This document shows positions 12,456 through 25,779 of a stretch of 64,000 bases of DNA, one piece after another (positions within the stretch are counted from its first letter, which is position 1; every line of letters starts with the position of its first letter). The translations under genes and the position numbers were made by a program. Under the pieces are notes generated by a model. The model made no database searches. It was not told the origin of the DNA and saw only the letters and a program-made list of their open reading frames with translations. This DNA comes from Eledone cirrhosa (lineage: Eukaryota). Location: contig OZ024741.1 of the NCBI GenBank assembly GCA_964016885.1, forward strand, positions 15,624,001 through 15,688,000, given 5' to 3'.

Positions 12456-13040
12456 GATTCAGCGAGAATCGCATTTAGGCGGGTAGGAAAGGCGAAACCA
12501 AACGCAAAAATCAGTAATGACACTGGCAAAGTGCTCAATAGTTAAAAACCAGAGCTAAACAATGTGTTAAAAAGCGATACAAAACTGAAAAAATGGTCAA
12601 GAAAGCATTAACCACTTAAGCCAAAATGCAAATCAAGCTAAACAGGTCAAAACAAAATAAATGATAAAACCAGGCATGGACCCTCGGAATTGCTGTTAAA
12701 ATCGAATGCAGGGTTTCAATGACACCTAAATCAAAATACTGTCTGCTTAAAAATATAAGCTTTGGGTATAATGTTCGAACAAGGAATATCACGTTATCAA
12801 CAGGTATTTTGCTCCGTACCAAATATGTGAGTTACACAGAGGCAAGTTTAACCATGTGTGGAAATCACAAGAGGAAATAACCCCAGATTTTGGCAAAAGA
12901 ATTCAGTAAGTGTATATCATGCAAAAAATTGCATAAATATCACAAATCGAATAAGTTCTCAACCGGGTGTTTTTTTATATATATATATATATTATATATA
13001 TATATATATTATATATATATATATATATGTATATATTTTT

Positions 13041-13466
13041 TGAGTATATGTTGGTTGTATACCAACACCTCAGTATGCAGGCTGGAGCACTAGACGAAGT
13101 GCGCAAGTTGGTTTGGTTTTTCCGGAGTAAAGTAAAATAAAGTTAAATAAAAAGTCAAATGTTTAAAATTTAGCTTCGTTTATTACTGCTATATATATTT
13201 CAGTGACAGCCATCTTTGGCTGTGACCTCTTCAGAACTGGAATCATATGATATGATTCCAGTTCCTCAGTGAAATAACAACCCAACCAGGAACTGGGCAT
13301 ATCAGAGTATTGACAACATTATACACCTCAACAACATAGGTACTTGTCTATACCACACTAATTCGGACTGCCTAAAGAGGTCACAGCCAAAGATGGCTGT
13401 CACTGAAATATATATAGCAGTAATAAACGAAGCTAAATTTTAAACATTTGACTTATTATTTAACTT

Positions 13467-13470
<4 letters not shown>
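13041..13470. mobile_element. Fold-back Penelope-like pLTR element with two opposed hammerhead copies
   Basis: ~100 bp arms ~13135-13234 / 13372-13470; (TA)n flanks. Confidence 0.8.
13367..13421 (+). ncRNA. Minimal hammerhead with mutated core (opposite-strand copy at 13185-13234 has intact CTGAAGA)
   Basis: ACTGC-CTAAAGA-GGTCACAGCC(aaagat)GGCTGTCACT-GAAA-TATATA-TA-GCAGT. Confidence 0.7.
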
Positions 13471-13533
<63 letters not shown>

Positions 13534-13564
13534 AGAGGGAGATATGGGGAGAGAGAGAGAGAGG

Positions 13565-14590
13565 AGAAACAGGGGCTGTGTAGTTGCTGGATAAGGTATA
13601 TTTATAAATAAGAGGAAAGCACGATAATTTTCCTTCATCAGTTGTTTGCGGGAGATCATGGATATTTGTACGCATTAAAGACAAGATATCTAGCTCCTGT
13701 GCGTCAATAACTAAAGGAAGTTATTGGGAAAAAGAAGGGAAGAGAGAAAAATATATAACAACAGGGAAAAGGGAAGAAAAGGGAAAAAACAGCGAAAATA
13801 ACGGAAAACAACATACCGAAGAGGGAAACACGAAAACACATATGTGTGAGCAACTCAAAGGGAGAGAAAAATTTAAAGTCGACATCAGCTCTGGACTTAA
13901 GTCTGAGGCTGTGGGGGCGAGAAAAAAACACGTCTGACCTCCGCAAGAGTGAAAAAGATAGGCGAGAGGAACAGCGGAAGCAGAAGGGTAGCTAGCAGAG
14001 AGAGGGAGAGTAAAAGTGAGACGGCGGAAGGGAGAGAAAGAAAGGGGAAGATTAATAGCAACAGAATAAATACACCTTATCCAGCAACACAGGCCCTGTT
14101 ATTTCTAAACAATGTTTATCAAGTTTTGCTGTGACCTGTTCTCTCTTTCTCCCTATCTATTTTGTTGCTATTAACTCTTTCCCTTTCTTTCCCTCTTCGG
14201 TATGTTGTTTTCCGTTTTTTGGTTTTGTTTTTTCGCTGTTTTTTTTTTTTTTTTTTTTTTTCTTTTCTTTTACTTCATTTTTCCCTTCTGTTGTATATTA
14301 TCTTTCTCTTCAGTTTTAAAATATCAGAGCACCAATCCTAACACTTATTTTGTCTGGACCCGCAATCGCTCTGTATAATCAGCTTCTGATTATTACTGGA
14401 ATTCTATAAGAATCCAGCTTCTATAATTTTCGGTGGAAGCAGGGGGTGCGTGGCTCTGATGGACGCCAACCAGCGTGAAACAGTCTGTCAGGTTCTCGAA
14501 GTAAGTGACATAGTCACTACTTTAAAACTGATAGCGTAAGGTCTTCTAAATGTTTTTAATTAAACATACGGTATATTGCCAAGTATACTA
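13565..14590. mobile_element. Rearranged repeat with nested inversions, probable Penelope-like 3' region
   Basis: Inverted matches ~13567-13607/14065-14106 and ~13740-13827/14189-14310; degenerate hammerhead at 14452-14494 (CTGATGG-ACGC..GCGT-GAAA-CAGtCTG-TC). Confidence 0.5.
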
Positions 14591-14612
14591 TACATACATA
14601 CATATATATGTA

Positions 14613-14657
<45 letters not shown>

Positions 14658-14659
<2 letters not shown>

Positions 14660-14810
14660 CGTATTTCCTTGCGTCGAAGACGCTTCGTCTTCGAGGACGC
14701 ACCCTAATTTTGACAAAAGAATTTGAAAAAAAATAATAAACAAGGTTCGGCCTCCAGGACGCATGGTAGATTTTTTAGACTTATTTTAGGAAAAAAAAGT
14801 AGCGTCTTCA
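14658..14810. mobile_element. Possible MITE remnant (Tc1/mariner-pogo-type end)
   Basis: Starts cgtatttccttgcgtcgaagacgc after TA; partial inverted gcgtcttc at the other end. Confidence 0.4.
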
Positions 14811-14811
14811 G

Positions 14812-14847
<36 letters not shown>

Positions 14848-14858
14848 TTTCTGAATTT

Positions 14859-14891
<33 letters not shown>

Positions 14892-14954
14892 ATATATATC
14901 GTTTCTGAATTTGTTTAGCAAGATTTTTTATCTGAAAACGTGTGTTGAAACCGA

Positions 14955-15136
14955 TATTGTTATGCTTTGGGAGGGTCATGTTGCCAATAAGAAACACAAG
15001 CACCAGCTGTTTCACATCAATTTATTATAAATTAAATTTCTAAATTCCTAAATTTATTAATTTAATTTATAATAAATTGAAGTGAAAGCAACTGGTGCGT
15101 GTGTTTCTTATTGGCAACATGACCCTCCCAAAGCAA

Positions 15137-15143
<7 letters not shown>
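14955..15143. repeat. ~85 bp-arm inverted repeat between (TA)n tracts
   Basis: gctttgggagggtcatgttgccaataagaaacac / gtgtttcttattggcaacatgaccctcccaaagc. Confidence 0.85.
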
Positions 15144-15201
<58 letters not shown>

Positions 15202-15328
15202 TATACGCATATGTATATATACACCTATATATTTACTATATGTAAGCGCGTATGTCTTTGTGAATGTTTGCTTAATTACAAGATTCTGCGATTAATTTTT
15301 GTCTCCAGATTGACAAAATATATTCATT

Positions 15329-15383
<55 letters not shown>

Positions 15384-15537
15384 GTGTGTAGATATATATA
15401 TATACATATGTATATATATGTGTGTGTGTAGGTAGATATATATATACATACATATATATATATATATACACATATATATATACACATATATATACATATA
15501 TATATACATACATATATATATAGATATAGATATATAG

Positions 15538-15574
<37 letters not shown>

Positions 15575-16034
15575 AGTGTGTGTGTGTGTGTGTGTTTATG
15601 CATATATGTGGGTGTGTGAGTGTATAAATGTCTGTTCGATATTTATTTCACAGGCGTCATTTTTCACGTGAATTGTTTAACAAGTGGTGGCCATCTAGAA
15701 TATATTTAGAAAACATCTAGATTACATCTGGATTACGTCTGGTCTCGTTTCCGGAACCTTCTGCTGACTGCCATTGCTGTTATGATTAACGAGAGAAACA
15801 ATGCCTTGAAATATAATGCCAATAGAAATATAATCATCAGAAATAAGTCGAATACAATCCGGTAATATCCAGTAATATCCTATAACATCCAGTAATATCC
15901 ACAGATACCCAGTAATATCCAGTGATATCCAGTGAAATTCAGTGAAATAATGGATACCTCACATTTATCAGTTCGTATAATATATCTGCTGGAATTCAAA
16001 TATAGTATATATATATAATAACTATATATATATG

Positions 16035-16065
<31 letters not shown>

Positions 16066-16066
16066 G

Positions 16067-16290
<224 letters not shown>

Positions 16291-16483
16291 TAATAATAAT
16301 AATAATAATAATATATATATATATGTTATATATATATATATTAGTATTATTATTATTATTATTATGCATGTATATATATACGAATGAATGCATAATTTCT
16401 TTCTTAATAAGAACACATGCATACGTTCATTCATTTGCACATTTATACTTACGTACATACATACAAATATACATACATAATAT

Positions 16484-17093
16484 ATGGTGGCTGCCAACTC
16501 GTTTTCGAGTACGGCCACTACTTTATATCCATGTCGGAGAACCCTTACCGATGCACTGAACGAGTGTGACTTTTTAGTCCAGCCAGCGACTTGAAAACTC
16601 TGGTACAAACACTACACTTGTGACAATTATTGACACATAGTGCTGGGCCCATGGTACCATGTGACAACAAGTGCAAAGAGATCTCCAGATATAAAGCAAT
16701 GCCTGTGCCGTGAAGCTTTTATAGTGAGCAAAGGCACTGCACAAAGCCAGTCCCACTCTCTTAACCAAGATGATATTTACCAAAAAGAAGAACAATTCAA
16801 CATCATTGGATACCATCAGAGTTGCAGGTGTTATATCAGAGTTTTCCTTCTCCTAGAATTCTGCCTTGACAAAGGCTAAGGGGTCATCTCTCGCGGTGAT
16901 TTTGGATGGCCATTGACTCTTGAGAGCTACTTTGCCCTTTGACAGGTTTTGTTTTTAGTCCTGCAGGATGTCCAAAGTCACCCTCCTCACCAAGAAACCT
17001 TGATAGGGTTGCCAGTTTAGTCGCCAACGACCCGACCATGAGACAGGTTGTACTGGGATACATGTTACCAGTAGCACCAACTGGTGACCTGAC
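16484..17093 (-). mobile_element. Non-autonomous RTE-derived element, long form (also 18982-19591 and 21484-22093)
   Basis: Minus strand ends with [23 protein letters not shown] and actcgaaaacgagttggcagccaccat, matching the RTE 3' end at 24164. Confidence 0.8.
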
Positions 17094-17150
17094 CATAACA
17101 CATACACACATACATACGTACATACATACATACACATACATACATACAAT

Positions 17151-18617
17151 GTGGTTCACAATGAGTTTGCTGTGCTTGTCCTAACACCAACGTTTGGAAT
17201 ACTCAATTGGACGATAGACGAAATCCGAGCAGTTGATGTTGGAACTCGAAAAATACTGAAAAATACTGAACTCGAAAAATACTGAACAGCACCGGAAACT
17301 TCCACATAAACAGTGACATAGACCACCTTTACTTGAAACGTAAGCAGGGAGGCAGAAGTCTAACATCAGTCCAGACAACATTTGAATGTCGCATCATATC
17401 CTTTGGACAACATCCACGAACCTCGAAGCATAGGAGCCCGCTTCTCGAGCAAGTCTATCTGCATGAAACACATAAGATCATGAGAGTTGGGAAGGAATTC
17501 CTCGAGAGATATTCCCTGTGTGATAATCAAAAACTCACACCCAGGGATGTCACTCAGCAGTATCGCAGTGAATCCATGGATGAAAAACTGCATGCTTATC
17601 AGCAAAAAATCATTCATGGATATGTTGCCAGGAAGCTCCAGAGTGAGAGTAATATAGATAAGGAAAGTAGTCTATCTTGGACCAACAACCGCTATATTGG
17701 CTCCCACTTTTGCAATCCAGGGACAGGAGATTAACACGAAATGCCTGATTCACAAAAGAGATAGGGATGCAGGCAAAACACCTAGATGTGAAAACAAGTG
17801 CAGACTCTGCAGAACTAACAGCGAGGATATCACCCATGTCATCAGCAGCTGTCCAAAGATGTCATCGCGGTACTATCTACCTATGAGGCGTGATGTAGTG
17901 GCCAAAACACTGTACAATGCAGTTCGTAAAAAAGATAGCCCTAATAATAGACACATTAAAAGCTACAACAATGTGGAAGACATCCATGTACATAATATGA
18001 AAGAGTACTGATGGAATGTTCCAGTAAAAACCCCAATAAAATGCAGGCATAACAGACCAGATATTATGATGTGGGACAGGGAGAAGAAAGCATGCACAGT
18101 AGTGGAAATTAGCTGCCCAGCAGATGCCAATATAATATCAAAGATTAGCGAAAAGGAGAATATTTATGCAGAACTGATGAGAAATCTGCAGATACTCCAC
18201 CCTGATTACACCTTCAGATTTATGCCTGTGATTATTGGGGTACTGGGGTATGTTAGTAACTGCCTCAATACAAATCTTGAGAAGCTGGGCTTCACAGGAA
18301 CAGAAAGAACACAAGTAGTTAGGAAATTTTCAAGTACAATCCATTAATAGAACAGTAAAAATATGTAAAACATTCCAAAAATGTTGCATCTAATAACTGC
18401 ATATACATATGTACAGATGCAAAGCATATACACATGCACACATACAACTCAAAACATACACATCCACACATACAATAACATCCATATCTACACATGAATG
18501 CATAAATATCTACCTAGTTGATGTTGTGTAAATTCCAATAAGAGAATCTTGTGTCTATGTTAGAAACCGACTCTCTCTCTATTGGTGAAACTTTGTGAAA
18601 TTATAAAACCAGAAGAA
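17151..18617 (+). mobile_element. 5'-truncated, frameshifted R4/Dong-type RLE LINE (also 19649-21115 and 22151-23617)
   Basis: CRLC....EDITHVISSC zinc knuckle, HNRPDI...VVEISCP RLE motif; high identity to 26880-28134; 3' end ccagaagaa then (CATA)n. Confidence 0.9.
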
Positions 18618-18690
18618 CATACATACATACATGCATACATACATACATACATACATACATACATACATACATACATACATACATACATAC

Positions 18691-18915
18691 ATGGTGGCTG
18701 CCAACTCGCTTTCGAGTACGGCCACTATTTTATATCTATGTAGGAGAACCCCTACCTATGCGCTGAACAAGTGTGACTTTTTAGTCCAGCCAGCGACTTG
18801 AAAACTCTGGTACAAACACTATACCTGTGACTATTATTGACACATAGTGCTGGGCTCCTGGCACCATGTGATGACAAGTGCAGAGAGATCTCCAGATATA
18901 AAGCAATGCCTGTGC
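18691..18915 (-). mobile_element. Truncated non-autonomous RTE-derived element (also 21193-21417)
   Basis: Same 3' end as 16484; cut at the triplication junction. Confidence 0.8.
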
Positions 18916-21900
18916 ATACTTACATACATATATACTACATACATACATGCATGCATACTTACGTATATACTACATACACACATGGTGGCTGCCAACTCGT
19001 TTTCGAGTACGGCCACTACTTTATATCCATGTCGGAGAACCCTTACCGATGCACTGAACGAGTGTGACTTTTTAGTCCAGCCAGCGACTTGAAAACTCTG
19101 GTACAAACACTACACTTGTGACAATTATTGACACATAGTGCTGGGCCCATGGTACCATGTGACAACAAGTGCAGAGAGATCTCCAGATATAAAGCAATGC
19201 CTGTGCCGTGAAGCTTTTATAGTGAGCAAAGGCACTGCACAAAGCCAGTCCCACTCTCTTAACCAAGATGATATTTACCAAAAAGAAGAACAATTCAACA
19301 TCATTGGATACCATCAGAGTTGCAGGTGTTATATCAGAGTTTTCCTTCTCCTAGAATTCTGCCTTGACAAAGGCTAAGGGGTCATCTCTCGCGGTGATTT
19401 TGGATGGCCATTGACTCTTGAGAGCTACTTTGCCCTTTGACAGGTTTTGTTTTTAGTCCTGCAGGATGTCCAAAGTCACCCTCCTCACCAAGAAACCTTG
19501 ATAGGGTTGCCAGTTTAGTCGCCAACGACCCGACCATGAGACAGGTTGTACTGGGATACATGTTACCAGTAGCACCAACTGGTGACCTGACCATAACACA
19601 TACACACATACATACGTACATACATACATACACATACATACATACAATGTGGTTCACAATGAGTTTGCTGTGCTTGTCCTAACACCAACGTTTGGAATAC
19701 TCAATTGGACGATAGACGAAATCCGAGCAGTTGATGTTGGAACTCGAAAAATACTGAAAAATACTGAACTCGAAAAATACTGAACAGCACCGGAAACTTC
19801 CACATAAACAGTGACATAGACCACCTTTACTTGAAACGTAAGCAGGGAGGCAGAAGTCTAACATCAGTCCAGACAACATTTGAATGTCGCATCATATCCT
19901 TTGGACAACATCCACGAACCTCGAAGCATAGGAGCCCGCTTCTCGAGCAAGTCTATCTGCATGAAACACATAAGATCATGAGAGTTGGGAAGGAATTCCT
20001 CGAGAGATATTCCCTGTGTGATAATCAAAAACTCACACCCAGGGATGTCACTCAGCAGTATCGCAGTGAATCCATGGATGAAAAACTGCATGCTTATCAG
20101 CAAAAAATCATTCATGGATATGTTGCCAGGAAGCTCCAGAGTGAGAGTAATATAGATAAGGAAAGTAGTCTATCTTGGACCAACAACCGCTATATTGGCT
20201 CCCACTTTTGCAATCCAGGGACAGGAGATTAACACGAAATGCCTGATTCACAAAAGAGATAGGGATGCAGGCAAAACACCTAGATGTGAAAACAAGTGCA
20301 GACTCTGCAGAACTAACAGCGAGGATATCACCCATGTCATCAGCAGCTGTCCAAAGATGTCATCGCGGTACTATCTACCTATGAGGCGTGATGTAGTGGC
20401 CAAAACACTGTACAATGCAGTTCGTAAAAAAGATAGCCCTAATAATAGACACATTAAAAGCTACAACAATGTGGAAGACATCCATGTACATAATATGAAA
20501 GAGTACTGATGGAATGTTCCAGTAAAAACCCCAATAAAATGCAGGCATAACAGACCAGATATTATGATGTGGGACAGGGAGAAGAAAGCATGCACAGTAG
20601 TGGAAATTAGCTGCCCAGCAGATGCCAATATAATATCAAAGATTAGCGAAAAGGAGAATATTTATGCAGAACTGATGAGAAATCTGCAGATACTCCACCC
20701 TGATTACACCTTCAGATTTATGCCTGTGATTATTGGGGTACTGGGGTATGTTAGTAACTGCCTCAATACAAATCTTGAGAAGCTGGGCTTCACAGGAACA
20801 GAAAGAACACAAGTAGTTAGGAAATTTTCAAGTACAATCCATTAATAGAACAGTAAAAATATGTAAAACATTCCAAAAATGTTGCATCTAATAACTGCAT
20901 ATACATATGTACAGATGCAAAGCATATACACATGCACACATACAACTCAAAACATACACATCCACACATACAATAACATCCATATCTACACATGAATGCA
21001 TAAATATCTACCTAGTTGATGTTGTGTAAATTCCAATAAGAGAATCTTGTGTCTATGTTAGAAACCGACTCTCTCTCTATTGGTGAAACTTTGTGAAATT
21101 ATAAAACCAGAAGAACATACATACATACATACATACATACATACATACATACATACATACATACATACATACATACATACATACATACATACATGGTGGC
21201 TGCCAACTCGCTTTCGAGTACGGCCACTATTTTATATCTATGTAGGAGAACCCCTACCTATGCGCTGAACAAGTGTGACTTTTTAGTCCAGCCAGCGACT
21301 TGAAAACTCTGGTACAAACACTATACCTGTGACTATTATTGACACATAGTGCTGGGCTCCTGGCACCATGTGATGACAAGTGCAGAGAGATCTCCAGATA
21401 TAAAGCAATGCCTGTGCATACTTACATACATATATACTACATACATACATGCATGCATACTTACGTATATACTACATACACACATGGTGGCTGCCAACTC
21501 GTTTTCGAGTACGGCCACTACTTTATATCCATGTCGGAGAACCCTTACCGATGCACTGAACGAGTGTGACTTTTTAGTCCAGCCAGCGACTTGAAAACTC
21601 TGGTACAAACACTACACTTGTGACAATTATTGACACATAGTGCTGGGCCCATGGTACCATGTGACAACAAGTGCAGAGAGATCTCCAGATATAAAGCAAT
21701 GCCTGTGCCGTGAAGCTTTTATAGTGAGCAAAGGCACTGCACAAAGCCAGTCCCACTCTCTTAACCAAGATGATATTTACCAAAAAGAAGAACAATTCAA
21801 CATCATTGGATACCATCAGAGTTGCAGGTGTTATATCAGAGTTTTCCTTCTCCTAGAATTCTGCCTTGACAAAGGCTAAGGGGTCATCTCTCGCGGTGAT

Positions 21901-23698
21901 TTTGGATGGCCATTGACTCTTGAGAGCTACTTTGCCCTTTGACAGGTTTTGTTTTTAGTCCTGCAGGATGTCCAAAGTCACCCTCCTCACCAAGAAACCT
22001 TGATAGGGTTGCCAGTTTAGTCGCCAACGACCCGACCATGAGACAGGTTGTACTGGGATACATGTTACCAGTAGCACCAACTGGTGACCTGACCATAACA
22101 CATACACACATACATACGTACATACATACATACACATACATACATACAATGTGGTTCACAATGAGTTTGCTGTGCTTGTCCTAACACCAACGTTTGGAAT
22201 ACTCAATTGGACGATAGACGAAATCCGAGCAGTTGATGTTGGAACTCGAAAAATACTGAAAAATACTGAACTCGAAAAATACTGAACAGCACCGGAAACT
22301 TCCACATAAACAGTGACATAGACCACCTTTACTTGAAACGTAAGCAGGGAGGCAGAAGTCTAACATCAGTCCAGACAACATTTGAATGTCGCATCATATC
22401 CTTTGGACAACATCCACGAACCTCGAAGCATAGGAGCCCGCTTCTCGAGCAAGTCTATCTGCATGAAACACATAAGATCATGAGAGTTGGGAAGGAATTC
22501 CTCGAGAGATATTCCCTGTGTGATAATCAAAAACTCACACCCAGGGATGTCACTCAGCAGTATCGCAGTGAATCCATGGATGAAAAACTGCATGCTTATC
22601 AGCAAAAAATCATTCATGGATATGTTGCCAGGAAGCTCCAGAGTGAGAGTAATATAGATAAGGAAAGTAGTCTATCTTGGACCAACAACCGCTATATTGG
22701 CTCCCACTTTTGCAATCCAGGGACAGGAGATTAACACGAAATGCCTGATTCACAAAAGAGATAGGGATGCAGGCAAAACACCTAGATGTGAAAACAAGTG
22801 CAGACTCTGCAGAACTAACAGCGAGGATATCACCCATGTCATCAGCAGCTGTCCAAAGATGTCATCGCGGTACTATCTACCTATGAGGCGTGATGTAGTG
22901 GCCAAAACACTGTACAATGCAGTTCGTAAAAAAGATAGCCCTAATAATAGACACATTAAAAGCTACAACAATGTGGAAGACATCCATGTACATAATATGA
23001 AAGAGTACTGATGGAATGTTCCAGTAAAAACCCCAATAAAATGCAGGCATAACAGACCAGATATTATGATGTGGGACAGGGAGAAGAAAGCATGCACAGT
23101 AGTGGAAATTAGCTGCCCAGCAGATGCCAATATAATATCAAAGATTAGCGAAAAGGAGAATATTTATGCAGAACTGATGAGAAATCTGCAGATACTCCAC
23201 CCTGATTACACCTTCAGATTTATGCCTGTGATTATTGGGGTACTGGGGTATGTTAGTAACTGCCTCAATACAAATCTTGAGAAGCTGGGCTTCACAGGAA
23301 CAGAAAGAACACAAGTAGTTAGGAAATTTTCAAGTACAATCCATTAATAGAACAGTAAAAATATGTAAAACATTCCAAAAATGTTGCATCTAATAACTGC
23401 ATATACATATGTACAGATGCAAAGCATATACACATGCACACATACAACTCAAAACATACACATCCACACATACAATAACATCCATATCTACACATGAATG
23501 CATAAATATCTACCTAGTTGATGTTGTGTAAATTCCAATAAGAGAATCTTGTGTCTATGTTAGAAACCGACTCTCTCTCTATTGGTGAAACTTTGTGAAA
23601 TTATAAAACCAGAAGAACATACATACATACATACATACATACATACATACATACATACATACATACATACATACATACATACATACATACATACATAC

Positions 23699-24111
23699 AT
23701 GGTGGCTGCCAACTCGCTTTCGAGTACGGCCACTATTTTATATCTATGTAGGAGAACCCCTACCTATGCGCTGAACAAGTGTGACTTTTTAGTCCAGCCA
23801 GCGACTTGAAAACTCTGGTACAAACACTATACCTGTGACTATTATTGACACATAGTGCTGGGCTCCTGGCACCATGTGATGACAAGTGCAGAGAGATCTC
23901 CAGATATAAAGCAATGCCTGTGCCGTGAAGCTTTTATTGTGAGCAAAGGCACTGCACAAAGCCAGTCCCACTCTCTTAACCAAGATGATATTTACCAAAA
24001 AGAAGAACAAGTCAACATCATTGGATACTATCAGGGTTGCAGATGTTATATCAGAGTTTTCCTTCTCCTAGAATTCTGCCTTGACAAAGGCTAAGGGGTC
24101 ATCTCTCCCGG
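23699..24111 (-). mobile_element. Non-autonomous RTE-derived element, short form
   Basis: Boundary at ctctcccgg, the same as the copies at 28833 and 40454. Confidence 0.8.
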
Positions 24112-24163
24112 ATATATATATACATACATACATACATACACATATATATATATATATATATAC

Positions 24164-25253
24164 ATGGTGGCTGCCAACTCGTGTTCGAGCATTGCCATCG
24201 CCCGATAAAATGCTCAAAAATGTGAAGCACAAATGTGGCTCTTCAGACCAACCAAATACTTCCACCCTCTGGCACACACATGGCAACTGTAGGCTCTCCT
24301 GAGACCTTACATTGCTTTGTTCTGGCTGTGGGTTCTCGTGTGTCTTTTAAGACCTCCCATGCTTGCACATTCCTTGCCACTTTCCTTACATCTCAGATCA
24401 TAATCTACATGAGGTCCACTGATATGTTCGTGTCTAATCAAACCAGCTTTACTCAGCCAGACTCGACCACAGTGCTGGCAAACCAGATGATGTTCAACAG
24501 CAGACAGTTCAGAACAGACTCAATCCTCACCTTCCTTTTCAGTGTTAGGTGTTCTCTTCGGCGAGTTTCAAAGTGTTCACCACCTGACTTGATCAAACGT
24601 CTCCACTTCACACGCTCGTCAGCCATTTTCTCCCATTCGTCAGATGAAATTCCAGCACAAGCCAAGGTGCCTCTGATACAGTCCCGGTACCACCTTTTTG
24701 GTTTATGTGGTGGTCGCCTTCCTTCACACAGTTCTCCATAGAGAAGTTCCTTTGGAATACGATCATCAGACATCCGGACCACGTGACTGCACCACCTCAA
24801 CCGATACCGAAAGATTATGCTCTCTATAGTCACGCACATGCTCCGTTCGAGAACTTCCAAATCACTGGCGAACATTTTCCATCGCACCCCAAGTAACTTA
24901 TGAAGAGATTGTTGATGAAATCTCTCCAGTTCCTTGGGGAGCTTTCTGTATGTGACCCACGTTTCACAAACATAAAGCAAAGAGGAGACGACACAAATCA
25001 GATACACTTTCACCTTGGTTTCGATAGTGGTACCTCGTCTGGACCATAAACGTTGATGCAGCCGTCCAAATACATCACTGGCTTTCTTGATTCTTAAGGA
25101 TACTTCATTATCATGTGTGCATGAATTGTTCAACGTACTACCAAGGTAAAGAAACTTGTCAGCAACGTTTAGCCTCTTTCCGTACACGTACACACTTGGT
25201 GTGGTGTATTCTTTTCCAGGTGATGACTGATACATCACAACAGTCTTTTCCAA
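24164..25253 (-). mobile_element. RTE-clade LINE 3' portion (late RT, C-terminal domain, degenerate C2H2 fingers)
   Basis: FLYLGSTL, RLRWCSHVVRM...RIPKELLYGEL; fingers CQHCGR..SKAGLIRH and CHVCARGWKYLVGLKSH....H*; 3' end ctcgaacacgagttggcagccaccat. Confidence 0.9.
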
Positions 25254-25678
25254 CCAATACTGCGTGATCCAAAAGACATACTCTCAGATGGAGAGATAAC
25301 TTTGATGAGCTCTTAAACCAGCCATCCCAAGTTTATGAATGATTTTATTTGCTCCATTCCTATTGAACCAGTGAAGCACGAGATGGCTGATGTACCTTCT
25401 CTTGCAGAGGTGACATCTGCTGTGCATAAGCTGAACTATGGTAAGTCTCCTGGTAGGGATGGTCTGAGTGCAGAGGTTTTGAAGTGTGGTGGTGAAAACT
25501 TCACACAGCGCTTGACTGACCTCATGAAAAAGGTGTGGGAAGATGAGTGTCCTACAAGATTGGAAAGATGCGCTCGTGGTGGTTCTTCATAAAGTAAAGA
25601 GTAGGAAGGACAAATGTGGCAATTATCATGGCATATCACTCCTGTCAGTAGTTGGTGAACCCATGTGTCAAATTTTGA
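25254..25678 (+). mobile_element. Inverted upstream fragment of an RTE LINE (pre-RT and early RT motifs)
   Basis: PSLAEV..AV.KL..GKSPGRDGLSAEVLK.GG; DWKDA.....K; CGNYHGISLLSVVG. Confidence 0.85.
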
Positions 25679-25779
25679 TACACAATACATCCATACATAA
25701 TACATACTTACATACATACATGCATACTTACGTACATACATGCATACTTACGTACATACATACGTACATACATACATAC

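Larger units (their letters stand above)
16484..23917. repeat. Near-identical tandem triplication of a ~2.5 kb composite unit
   Basis: Units start 16484, 18982, 21484 (periods 2498 and 2502); the ORF track repeats with the same offsets. Confidence 0.95.

Noticed and set aside
17000-17093. HDV-like ribozyme at the 5' end of the RTE-derived element
   Set aside because: Several hairpins and a ccagtt/aactgg pairing are visible, but the nested pseudoknot could not be completed by eye
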